The notes beneath the pieces were generated by a model that made no database searches, was not told the DNA's origin, and saw nothing but the letters and a program-made list of their open reading frames with translations. 64,000 bases of DNA from Methanobacteriota archaeon (GTDB lineage: Archaea; Thermoplasmatota; Poseidoniia; Poseidoniales; Thalassarchaeaceae), in the NCBI GenBank assembly GCA_002718995.2, contig PBGL02000007.1, positions 2,306 through 66,305 of the forward strand. The letters run 5' to 3'. A program made the position numbers and the translations under genes. Position 1 is the stretch's first letter, and every line of letters begins with the position of its first letter. Positions 19,255-27,579 of the stretch are shown piece by piece.

Positions 19255-20433
19255 TTGGCAATGCCCATGGAAGACGGGACGATGGAGCCTCTCGAGGCCG
19301 ATACCTCTTCCGATAGCCTGGTAAGATTATCTGAAATAGAGCGCTTGACCAGCTTTGGTGGCAAGTACGAATTTCTTGGAATTGTGGATACCCTGATACA
19401 CCAGGCTGTGTTCCACATCAGAACTTCCAAGAAGATGTGGGGAGTCAATGAGGCTTCGATACTAATCCTAGCCTCGGCTTCACTCATCCTAGGATCTTGG
19501 GACTTCGGAATTGGCGAGCTTTCGGGGGGTGGCGACTGGGGGAGATCTGGGATCTTCGGAGAGGACAGTGGTTTCCTACACTTGGACGAATGGACTAGGA
19601 TGCTAGCCCTACTTTCAATAATGGCATGGGCGTCATCTATTGCACTTATGTGGGTCAGATTTCCAATAATGAGGGAGAACTTCTTCTTCCTAATTGTGGC
19701 TATGTTCGCCGTTCAATTTGGATACATCTTCTCACACACTAGCTCTCCTAATTTTCCGTTTGACTCGGAGATTACGGACTGGGGAGGGGTAATTTTTACC
19801 AACCTCATACTACTATTCGTCTGCTGGTTCGTTGTGCACAGAGCCGTAGTGGAGACTAGGGACATCCACGTCGAGGAAAGGCACGCTCATCCAGATCCGA
19901 GGGTAGTTGAGAGAGCATGGGATGATCATCGACTTCATGCATGGAGTTCTAGTCTAGCCATTTGGGGGATTCTCGTCAACGTTGTGTCGTGGTCTGGATC
20001 ACATGCAATAGCGGATAGGCCGCCATTTGACTATGATTACGGGATTATTGGACCCTCCACGCTGTTCGTTTTTTCTGGAGTTGTTTCGTACTTTTTCCTG
20101 CTTCATATCCTCTGGTACCCCCACTTCATGCTAGGTGGCGGAGATCATCAAATCTGGTCATCGAGAGCCAGGGAGGTGGCAGGGCAGAGCAATGTTTCAG
20201 TGGCTCGTAGCATACAGGGAAGCTGCCCTGTCTGCGGCGGTGAGACTCCCGTTACGAAAAGGCCCTCGGGAAGGATCGAAGTGCGTTGCTCGAATTCTGA
20301 CTGCAGTGGCCAGGGGAAGCCCGGGGACGCCTGTGTTAAGTGCGCGGAGATTTTGCCTTCGAGGGTCGTCTGCCCGTCGTGCAGCTCTAACACCACCGTA
20401 GTCAGCCACTTCTCTAAGGCCGAGGCTTGGTGA
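19255..20433 (+). CDS. Polytopic membrane protein with C-terminal double zinc ribbon
   Basis: About 6 hydrophobic helices. C-terminal CPVC, CSNSDC, CVKC and CPSC. Confidence 0.7.
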   Translation: MAMPMEDGTMEPLEADTSSDSLVRLSEIERLTSFGGKYEFLGIVDTLIHQAVFHIRTSKKMWGVNEASILILASASLILGSWDFGIGELSGGGDWGRSGIFGEDSGFLHLDEWTRMLALLSIMAWASSIALMWVRFPIMRENFFFLIVAMFAVQFGYIFSHTSSPNFPFDSEITDWGGVIFTNLILLFVCWFVVHRAVVETRDIHVEERHAHPDPRVVERAWDDHRLHAWSSSLAIWGILVNVVSWSGSHAIADRPPFDYDYGIIGPSTLFVFSGVVSYFFLLHILWYPHFMLGGGDHQIWSSRAREVAGQSNVSVARSIQGSCPVCGGETPVTKRPSGRIEVRCSNSDCSGQGKPGDACVKCAEILPSRVVCPSCSSNTTVVSHFSKAEAW

Positions 20434-20452
20434 AAACCAAGAGGATGGCAAC

Positions 20453-21757
20453 ATGGATCATGAGAGCGAGTTAGTCAGTCACACTCCGACTGAACAACCT
20501 AGTGAAATTTCTGAGCAAAACGAAGGAAGTTTATTTCAGGACGCTTTGCCATGGGTCATTGGCGCTGTAACGTCACTAGTGGTCTTCCTCAGCATACTCA
20601 TTATCGGACTCTGGGCCTGGGCGCAGGTCGAGGATGTACAACTGGGTGGCCCAGCCTCATCGTTACTTTCTTGGGAGGACCAATATAGGGACATGACCGG
20701 GATTGATGACGTCTCCGAGTTTGATGGTAGCGGGGTCGAGTTGTGCATAGTTGATACGGGAATTGACGTTAGCCATCCGGACCTCAGAGACATAGATTTA
20801 GTCTCTTGGAGCGATTTTGTCTCGGGCATTGAAAGTCCGTACGATGACGAAGGGCACGGTACGGCTATGGCAGGAATAATTGTGGCGGAGGGCGGTTTGA
20901 CGGGAGTTTCCCCGGGCGTTTCACTCATGGTGGCAAAGGCGATTGGATCTGATGGTTCCGGGACTGACTCGGTGATCGCGGAAGCGGTCGATTGGTGTGT
21001 TGACGAGGGTGCTGAGGTCATCTCACTAAGCCTGGGGGGCGCACAGGGCATCGGTTCCGGACTCTTCACCACAGATGCACTGGAGCAATCTGTCGAGGAC
21101 GCCATCCAAGACGGTGTTTTTGTCGTGGCAGCAGCAGGTAACGATGGGGACGATGATGATGGGGACGTAGAGTCGCCCGGATCTGTGGAGGACGTGATCT
21201 GCGTAGGGGGGATCACTAGGACCGGCGCAACTTGGAGCGGTAGCTCCCAGGGGGACAATGATGGGAGGCTTTGGCCGAATCCCATACTACCTCGACAGGA
21301 CCCTGACAAGAAGCCAGAACTGGTAGCCCCCGGGCACGAAGTTCCAGTATTGATGGCTAGTGGGGTCGGCAATGGAGTCTGGTGGGGCTGGTCTAGCGGT
21401 ACGTCTGCAGCTACTGCTTGGGTCTCAGGTTCAATCGCGATTTTGCTACAGGCGCACCCGGAGATGCAGAGAGGGGGGGCGCAGGGGGGAGAGGGAGCGA
21501 TCGAGGAAGTAAAGAGCGTGATCATGGAGAACTCGCAAATGAAGGATGGGCAGGATGGGCACGATGATCACTATGGATACGGGCTACTGAGCGTCAAATC
21601 ATTGATCGATTCTTTCGGCAACGCAAGCGATGCCGGCACAATCGTAAATAATGGCCTGATGAAGTCTGAAGGAGAAGGATTGGATAAAGAGAATCAAGCT
21701 GCCCGACGGATGACCGCAAGGGTCCCCCCAGTGAGCTCGACAAAGGCCAAAGTGTGA
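20453..21757 (+). CDS. Membrane-anchored subtilisin-family (S8) serine protease
   Basis: Catalytic Asp (IVDTGID), His (GHGTAMAG), oxyanion Asn (AAAGND) and Ser (SGTSAA). N-terminal TM helix and HYGYG C-terminal motif. Confidence 0.92.
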   Translation: MDHESELVSHTPTEQPSEISEQNEGSLFQDALPWVIGAVTSLVVFLSILIIGLWAWAQVEDVQLGGPASSLLSWEDQYRDMTGIDDVSEFDGSGVELCIVDTGIDVSHPDLRDIDLVSWSDFVSGIESPYDDEGHGTAMAGIIVAEGGLTGVSPGVSLMVAKAIGSDGSGTDSVIAEAVDWCVDEGAEVISLSLGGAQGIGSGLFTTDALEQSVEDAIQDGVFVVAAAGNDGDDDDGDVESPGSVEDVICVGGITRTGATWSGSSQGDNDGRLWPNPILPRQDPDKKPELVAPGHEVPVLMASGVGNGVWWGWSSGTSAATAWVSGSIAILLQAHPEMQRGGAQGGEGAIEEVKSVIMENSQMKDGQDGHDDHYGYGLLSVKSLIDSFGNASDAGTIVNNGLMKSEGEGLDKENQAARRMTARVPPVSSTKAKV

Positions 21758-22488
21758 TGGTCACTTACCGATTTTATGAAATCAATCCACTCATTGAAAG
21801 AGGCCACCTTCTTCTGTGCGTCGGTTGGTTCTTCACCCGCAGATGGAGTTCCTACGTCGCCGGTCGGAACCTCCGGCTCAGGCACAATCATTACTCCACC
21901 TGGTCCGAGTATATCGAATGCTGATTTTGCAGCATTCGATCTTTCCGCATCTGGCAGATCGATGATTATTAGCTGAACAGCAGTGGGTATTGAGGAAGGC
22001 CTAGCTGACTCAGGAAGGGATGCAGACGCTGCTGACCAGGTCATTGCCTCAGCCACTACTTCAGACCACTTACTGCCTACAACTCTAGCCCAGTTTTCGG
22101 CATCGTATCTCCTGATAAGGCGATCAATTATCACTCCAAATCTCGCACCCTCCTCGACTATTATGAAAGAGTCTGGTTTGGGTCCGTTGTCGGGAAGATC
22201 ATCAGACGGATCACCGCACCACATATCTAGGAGCCAAGCCGAAAGATGACCTATGCCGCCCCCTACAAGAACAACATCTCCAACCGGCACCCTGGAAGAA
22301 ATGTCTCGAATTCTGGCCCTCACTGACCTAGGCATTGTTCTGAGTCCCATCAGTAACATCTGCTCCCCAATTGAGGAGGCGATTTGTGGCTCTGTGTCCC
22401 CTCTCTCTGAATCCTCGGAAAGGAGTTTTTCCAACATTTCCCTCTCGGACATTTGCGGTAGGCCGAAACCGTTGGAGCCCTCTGCCAT
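21694..22488 (-). CDS. Divergent class I SAM-dependent methyltransferase-fold protein
   Basis: VVLVGGGIGHLS (motif I), FIIVEE, LIIIDL and ILGPGGVMIV. Start placed at 22488, about 30 nt after an AT-rich TATA-like element. Confidence 0.55.
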   Translation of the reverse strand: MAEGSNGFGLPQMSEREMLEKLLSEDSERGDTEPQIASSIGEQMLLMGLRTMPRSVRARIRDISSRVPVGDVVLVGGGIGHLSAWLLDMWCGDPSDDLPDNGPKPDSFIIVEEGARFGVIIDRLIRRYDAENWARVVGSKWSEVVAEAMTWSAASASLPESARPSSIPTAVQLIIIDLPDAERSNAAKSAFDILGPGGVMIVPEPEVPTGDVGTPSAGEEPTDAQKKVASFNEWIDFIKSVSDHHTLAFVELTGGTLAVIRRAA

Positions 22489-22563
22489 GTATTGCGGAAG
22501 GGTTGCCACTATTGAAAATAAACTGCTCGGTGGCTTCAAGTGAGACATGGTGGCCGTAAGGCC

Positions 22564-23160
22564 ATGAAGGGAACTGACGGGGACGAGGGCGTGGCTGATG
22601 TCGCGCAGTGCCCTGAGTGCTCGGAGCTGACTGAGCATGAGGTCCTAAGTAGGACTGAGAAGGGAGCGGGGGAGGATCTTCTGGTGAGGTGCATATCATG
22701 CTCAAGCGTCTACAGGATTAGCCTTAGGCCCCCTTCCTCCGCTTCAGTGAGGACCACTCTTTCCGATGGCGCGGATAGCTTTTCTGCCCTTATCGAATCT
22801 GATGCGGATGAGGAAATTTCGAAGGACGAACTTTTCCAATTTAATGGGTCTCACTGGCAAGTTACAAGAATAGAAATCGGAGACAAGATGCCGGTAAATT
22901 CTGCAGTAGCTGGAGACATAGCATCGATGTGGGCAGTTCGGAAGGATGTATGCACAGTCAGGCTTACCCTCACAGAGGGGGAGGTCAGTACCCCTTCGAG
23001 TCTGGAATGCGATCCAGAAAGAGTCTTCTCATGTGGCACTGTTATGGTCATAGACGGGAAAAAGTGGAGGATTAGGGCGATTCATACTGGAGTTGGGAGG
23101 ACTCTTCGAGGAAAAAGAGTCGCTGCAGAAGTGAGAAGAATGTATCTACACTTGATATAG
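22564..23160 (+). CDS. HVO_0476-family archaeal zinc-finger protein
   Basis: CPEC...EHEVL...LVRCISC, followed by two repeats ending in WQVTRIE / WRIRAIH. Confidence 0.75.
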   Translation: MKGTDGDEGVADVAQCPECSELTEHEVLSRTEKGAGEDLLVRCISCSSVYRISLRPPSSASVRTTLSDGADSFSALIESDADEEISKDELFQFNGSHWQVTRIEIGDKMPVNSAVAGDIASMWAVRKDVCTVRLTLTEGEVSTPSSLECDPERVFSCGTVMVIDGKKWRIRAIHTGVGRTLRGKRVAAEVRRMYLHLI

Positions 23161-23163
23161 GAT

Positions 23164-24117
23164 CTATCTGCGATTTGTCCACGGCATTAGAAGGGCCTTC
23201 ACAACATGGCTGGCTACTTCTGGATTCTCCCTTAGCCTCCTTATGCCGTACTCATACCATCTAGTTCCATACGGAACATAGACCCTTGTTAGATGACCCT
23301 TGGAGGCGAGATCCCTCCTTACATCGCCTCTGACCCCCAAAAGGAATTGGAATTCATAACCGGGCCCCTTTTTCTCCAATCCTGTAGATTCTCCGTCAGT
23401 CATACCCCTACTTCTCAATTCGGCCAGTGCGTGTTCTATAACCGGGATGTCGTGTGATGCGATTGCAGTGTAAGCCCCTCTTTCCAACATTGATGTGACT
23501 GCGGCATTCGTTGCTTCGACGATTTTGGAATATTTTGTATGAGCGATGTCTTCGGACTCAAGATATATCCCCTTACAAATCCTGAAGTCAGATTTGTCGC
23601 CAAGGGATGAGCAGACGGAATCAATATCGGATTCAGTGCGATACAGCCTTCCTTGAAGGACCACCCCTATGTTGGTAAGACCCTTGGAATGCATGGCCAG
23701 CATTACATCAATTGTTTCCTGCGTGACCCTGCTATCTTCCATGTCCAACCTCACGAATGAGCCTAGCTTCTGCGCCTTCCTGGTGATTGACTCTATGTTT
23801 GAATAGGCGGATTCCCTGTTTATTAGTAACCCAAATGCCGTTGGTTTGATTGAGATGTTGGCATTCAGCCCATGTTCTTGGATAGCATCCAAAAGTCTCG
23901 AGTACTCTTCGTGAAAGTAGCTCGCTTCGTCCATTGAGCTGATTTCTTCCCCAAGTACGTCTACTGTGAAACAGGCTCCCTCCGCAGAGAGTTCGTGCAT
24001 CGTCATGATGGCATCGGACATCTCAGATCCTGCCACGTACCTCATAGCTACACGCTTAACGATGAACTTTGGAGCTAATGGCATTGATGCCACGATGAGT
24101 CGCCCGAACAGTGCCAT
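23164..24117 (-). CDS. Proline dehydrogenase (monofunctional)
   Basis: RYVAG, DVLGE, SIKPT, VRLDMED, RICKGIYLE, IASHD, YEFQFLLG and VYVPYG...YGIRRLRENP. Confidence 0.93.
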   Translation of the reverse strand: MALFGRLIVASMPLAPKFIVKRVAMRYVAGSEMSDAIMTMHELSAEGACFTVDVLGEEISSMDEASYFHEEYSRLLDAIQEHGLNANISIKPTAFGLLINRESAYSNIESITRKAQKLGSFVRLDMEDSRVTQETIDVMLAMHSKGLTNIGVVLQGRLYRTESDIDSVCSSLGDKSDFRICKGIYLESEDIAHTKYSKIVEATNAAVTSMLERGAYTAIASHDIPVIEHALAELRSRGMTDGESTGLEKKGPGYEFQFLLGVRGDVRRDLASKGHLTRVYVPYGTRWYEYGIRRLRENPEVASHVVKALLMPWTNRR

Positions 24118-24150
24118 CTTACCTCCGAGGAGGCAGGAGAGACTTCACGA

Positions 24151-25092
24151 TTACTCTTCGGATAGGTCCCTTCCCCTGAGCACGGGGACTTCATTTTCTT
24201 CGAGAAAGTTGACCAATGAGGATCTTTGCCAGCCTCTGAAAGACTTCTTGTCGAGGTGAGCAAATATTTCCCCCCCTGGAAATGCCGCCCGCGTTGCTTC
24301 TATGGCAGCAGAAGCTGATTCCTTCCAGTTCCCCCCCGGGATGTTTGATCCTTCTTCCGGTTTTTCAAATCTAAGCGAGTAGTTTGCCAAAACATGTCCC
24401 AGCCAGAAGTTCCCTGACTCGACCACGGACTTGTGCCGTGGTGCGTAGTGACCGCCTCCGAAACCAACCATGACTAAGCCACTCCCACTCCAATGCCCCT
24501 TGGGAACTCCCCCATTGAGCCCTAGGACATCACAGATCACGCTTGACCAAACTAATGCCGCGTCTTCCCTATTCCACTCTGACTTAGTCGAGCCGATCTC
24601 GATGTAAAGAGTGGGAGTCTCGAGCTTTGGGCCATGATGAGTGGTCTCCATTGTTAAATCAAAATCATTTTCAAGACCGTTATTTCTTGCTACTTCTAGC
24701 ATATTACGATACAGGGAAGCAAATCGAGGCGAGGGGGGCACGACATGCCCATTCACCCCTCCTGAGACTCCTTTCTCTCCAGCAGGGGTTCCGCCTGGAA
24801 TGCCGATGGCATGAAGGGTTATTGCGGGCGTATTCGTTGAGGAAACATGCCTTGAGAGGACTAGAACTTCGTCGACCGAACTCCCTGTCTCATCCATATG
24901 GATAATGTCAATATCATCTGCATGAATATGCAATTCATCGATCTCAAGAATCGTTACTGGCATCCTAGCATGTCGACGGACCCTACCATGTGAGAAATCC
25001 TCTGCATTTCCCCAATCCGAAGATTCAATCAGTGCACGAGCTAGGTTCATCGAGGCCTCGTCGGAGGTGGAAGTGAGGATGAGTGAGGCCAT
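24151..25092 (-). CDS. dtdA: D-aminoacyl-tRNA deacylase (archaeal DTD2)
   Basis: LSRH, TLHAIG, ETTHHGP, YIEIGS, GFGGGHYAP and HLDKKS motifs. Confidence 0.9.
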   Translation of the reverse strand: MASLILTSTSDEASMNLARALIESSDWGNAEDFSHGRVRRHARMPVTILEIDELHIHADDIDIIHMDETGSSVDEVLVLSRHVSSTNTPAITLHAIGIPGGTPAGEKGVSGGVNGHVVPPSPRFASLYRNMLEVARNNGLENDFDLTMETTHHGPKLETPTLYIEIGSTKSEWNREDAALVWSSVICDVLGLNGGVPKGHWSGSGLVMVGFGGGHYAPRHKSVVESGNFWLGHVLANYSLRFEKPEEGSNIPGGNWKESASAAIEATRAAFPGGEIFAHLDKKSFRGWQRSSLVNFLEENEVPVLRGRDLSEE

Positions 25093-25164
25093 GTTTTGGC
25101 AAGGCGGGCCATACTTCAATGCTTTCAGCCACACCTTGAAGCGGGATGGTGGGGACGATATGGC

Positions 25165-26073
25165 ATGCAAGAGCTAGGGTTCAACCCAACTAGGGTCGAC
25201 AAGGGCGACCCAGTCTCGGTGATAATAGGGTCCATGGGGGAGATATTGAAGGTGGACCTAGAGGGGCGCGCAGTTGGAAAAATTTCGTTTCCGTTCCCAA
25301 CACAACCTAGCTTTGGAGCTGTTAGTTCTGGAAGGTGGATTGGGGCTTGGGTAGATAGGGGGCTGAAGAAGGCATGCATGGGTGCCATATCACTCGAATC
25401 GGAATCAGGCGATGGAAGGGGGCGTGATTTTCTAAGAACATGGAATAATTCGGCCTCCGAGGTGCTACCTGATTCTTACCTGTGGACGAGGGACATAGAA
25501 GGAGAGCCGATGGGGGTTTCTAGCAAGAGTGGGAAAGTAACATTCGGAGTATTGAATACTGGAATTTACATGGTCGACGAAGATGCAAGCGAAATCTGGA
25601 GGGTTCCATACCCCCAATGGCCAGAGCTTCAAGAATTCAGCAATGTTGACTCAATTGTAGACATTGTCCACACCCCAGAGGGAATTACAATTTGGTCGGA
25701 GTCGGGAGGGATCTCACTGGTATCGGAACATGATGGGAATACTCTGATGTCCAGAACACTCAGATTGCCTGAAAGGATAATCGGAGTAAGGCATGATGTG
25801 GAATCTGGGTGGATGATAATGATGAGTGGTCGTTATGCTGGGATGATGAAGAGTCTAGATTCGGAGCTTGAAATTTTGAAATTACCTGGACCCATGATGG
25901 ATTCCATTGGCACGAGTGGAGGGAATTGGATTTGGACTGGCTGGAGGCACGATGGGAAAGTCGAAAACGGTGCCATTGAGATTCAGGAAAGAGGAGATAT
26001 TGGAATCTCCATATTGGGCGGAAAGGTGCTAACCAACAGTGGATGTTGGAGCAGTCACAGCTTTTCCGAGTAG
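25165..26073 (+). CDS. Hypothetical protein, possibly a beta-propeller
   Basis: 302-aa ORF with Trp-containing beta-strand repeats (LWTRDIEG, EIWRVPY). No known motif recognised. Confidence 0.6.
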   Translation: MQELGFNPTRVDKGDPVSVIIGSMGEILKVDLEGRAVGKISFPFPTQPSFGAVSSGRWIGAWVDRGLKKACMGAISLESESGDGRGRDFLRTWNNSASEVLPDSYLWTRDIEGEPMGVSSKSGKVTFGVLNTGIYMVDEDASEIWRVPYPQWPELQEFSNVDSIVDIVHTPEGITIWSESGGISLVSEHDGNTLMSRTLRLPERIIGVRHDVESGWMIMMSGRYAGMMKSLDSELEILKLPGPMMDSIGTSGGNWIWTGWRHDGKVENGAIEIQERGDIGISILGGKVLTNSGCWSSHSFSE

Positions 26074-26222
26074 CCGCACTTTCCACATGACATCCTGTCG
26101 CTATGGACTGCCATGAATACCCCTGGCCCGCAAGTTGGACAATGTGGGGCCCTGACTAGCTTATCCCCGTCAGTGGTATACTTGGAGTGCTTAGCATTCT
26201 CGTTGGGCGAACCCTGCGGCAT
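26055..26222 (-). CDS. rps27ae: 30S ribosomal protein S27ae (eS31), missing from ORF track (55 aa)
   Basis: MPQGSPNENAKHSKYTTDGDKLVRAPHCPTCGPGVFMAVHSDRMSCGKCGYSEKL. CxxCGxGVFMA-H-DR-CGKCGY signature. Start overlaps the S24e stop. Confidence 0.93.
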   Translation of the reverse strand: MPQGSPNENAKHSKYTTDGDKLVRAPHCPTCGPGVFMAVHSDRMSCGKCGYSEKL

Positions 26223-26578
26223 TATTCATCCCCCCCTTCACCTTCTTCTGGGGAGTCTTCTACGCTGGCTTCCTCTGATTCAGAGTCGTCATCGCCCCCC
26301 TGTCTGAATTTATTGTGCCTCTTGGCGATATAGTTTGGTTCTATGGAAGCGGCTTCTTCGGAGCCGTAAATTAGTGCTAGGCCAATTGTCCTAGGCATTC
26401 CAAACCTAGTACTTACATCCTTTACGAAAACTAAATCTGATTTGGATCCAGGCTCCATCTTAGTCGCTGCGGCGACCATTTCCTCGAGTTTCGGGGTCGG
26501 GGAATTTGGATGGTCCCAAACAAACCTTATCTCAACCCTGTCTAGCAATGGATTGTCTTTCCTCTCAATTACTTGCAT
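26222..26578 (-). CDS. rps24e: 30S ribosomal protein S24e
   Basis: MQVIERKDNPLLDRVEI...TP...TRFG...GLALIYGS...IEP, in its conserved operon position. Confidence 0.9.
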   Translation of the reverse strand: MQVIERKDNPLLDRVEIRFVWDHPNSPTPKLEEMVAAATKMEPGSKSDLVFVKDVSTRFGMPRTIGLALIYGSEEAASIEPNYIAKRHNKFRQGGDDDSESEEASVEDSPEEGEGGDE

Positions 26579-26586
26579 TATTACAC

Positions 26587-26790
26587 CTACCTGATGTTGA
26601 CCTTCAACGCGTAGTTTCCGGGCCTTGTGATATTGAGCCTCTTTGCGACCTCGGACCTTTCTGGGTTGAGAATTACGACGAATCCCTGCCAATCAGTTGT
26701 TACAGGGGAATTTGGGCAGAAGAGGCACTGTCCCTCCCCATCTGCAAGAATTGCATTACAGTCCCCGCACGCAAAGGGCTGCTTTGGCAT
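26587..26790 (-). CDS. spt4: Transcription elongation factor Spt4 (RpoE'')
   Basis: ACGDC...CLFC...TTDWQGFVVILNPERSEVAKRLNITRPGNYALKV. Confidence 0.95.
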   Translation of the reverse strand: MPKQPFACGDCNAILADGEGQCLFCPNSPVTTDWQGFVVILNPERSEVAKRLNITRPGNYALKVNIR

Positions 26791-26791
26791 C

Positions 26792-27340
26792 CTAATCAGT
26801 CTCCTTTAGCCAATCTGCTGCCCCGAGGCCGTCCATCTTACAATTCAGGCCTATCTTACTCGCTCTCGGGTCATTCTGATTGATGGCCTTGGATACAACT
26901 CTGGATCGAACATGAGAACCTTCTTCGATGTGCTTTCCTGTCTGTGAACCTTCGATTCTCCTGACTCCCATATTTACCTGAATTGGTTCATCCAGGATTT
27001 GTGATTTGTGCAGTAACGCTTCAACAGGACCTATCCTAACGAAGGCACCATACTCTGAGACATCAGAAACGTATCCATCAACAACCTCATTATTCTCCAT
27101 GTTGAATAGTAGTGCCTTGAACTTCACAGCCTGATAGATTGCTCCGTCCCCATGGATAATCCTACCTCTGCCCACTGGTTTGTGATCAAAAGTCAGTACG
27201 GTGTAGTTCTCATCAGAATCGAATCTGCCCTCAAATGCGTCATTTGCCAGGCTGTCAATATGGTCCTCCAAGCTGTGACCCTCTCTGATGTACTCAGCCG
27301 GGATGCGAATTGTGTCCTCTCGCTCTATTATGCTGTACAT
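26792..27340 (-). CDS. rpoE1: DNA-directed RNA polymerase subunit Rpo7 (RpoE')
   Basis: MY...EDTIRIP, GRIIHGDGAIY, S1 domain EYGAFVRIGPVEALLHKSQI and KIGL...GLG...W. Confidence 0.95.
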   Translation of the reverse strand: MYSIIEREDTIRIPAEYIREGHSLEDHIDSLANDAFEGRFDSDENYTVLTFDHKPVGRGRIIHGDGAIYQAVKFKALLFNMENNEVVDGYVSDVSEYGAFVRIGPVEALLHKSQILDEPIQVNMGVRRIEGSQTGKHIEEGSHVRSRVVSKAINQNDPRASKIGLNCKMDGLGAADWLKETD

Positions 27341-27347
27341 TTTTTCT

Positions 27348-27465
27348 GCCTCAGTGACGGACCGCTCCGGGCAGCCTGGACGGGGGGTTTCCCTCCCGTC
27401 CGTCATCGGCTTAGCCTCTGGAGGAGAAGTCCGTGCGACCCGGCGACCTGCCACTCCTGTATAAG
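27348..27465 (-). promoter_or_regulatory. TATA box and structured 5' leader with candidate kink-turn
   Basis: CTTATA at 27465-27460 (minus strand). The leader contains GCC-GAU-GA...CUGA-GGC, a GNRA-capped hairpin and an alternative 8-bp helix. Confidence 0.5.
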
Positions 27466-27579
27466 CGCAACGGAAGGGGGAAAATTGCTGGCGGAGCTCA
27501 ATATATGCTCAGACCGTAGGTCTGAGTGAGAATATGGGGCGAACGTTCAAGTGGGTTACGAAAACCAAATCTGACTCTG

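Noticed and set aside
20536-21525. 329-aa antisense ORF opposite the S8 protease
   Set aside because: Ser/Pro/Thr-rich shadow of the real gene's codons with no motif. The same applies to the many short antisense ORFs over the large acidic genes.
21694-21757. 64-bp convergent overlap between the protease and the methyltransferase-like gene
   Set aside because: The protease tail beyond the catalytic domain looks unconstrained. Such overlaps are common in compact genomes, so this is not evidence of a frameshift or of function.
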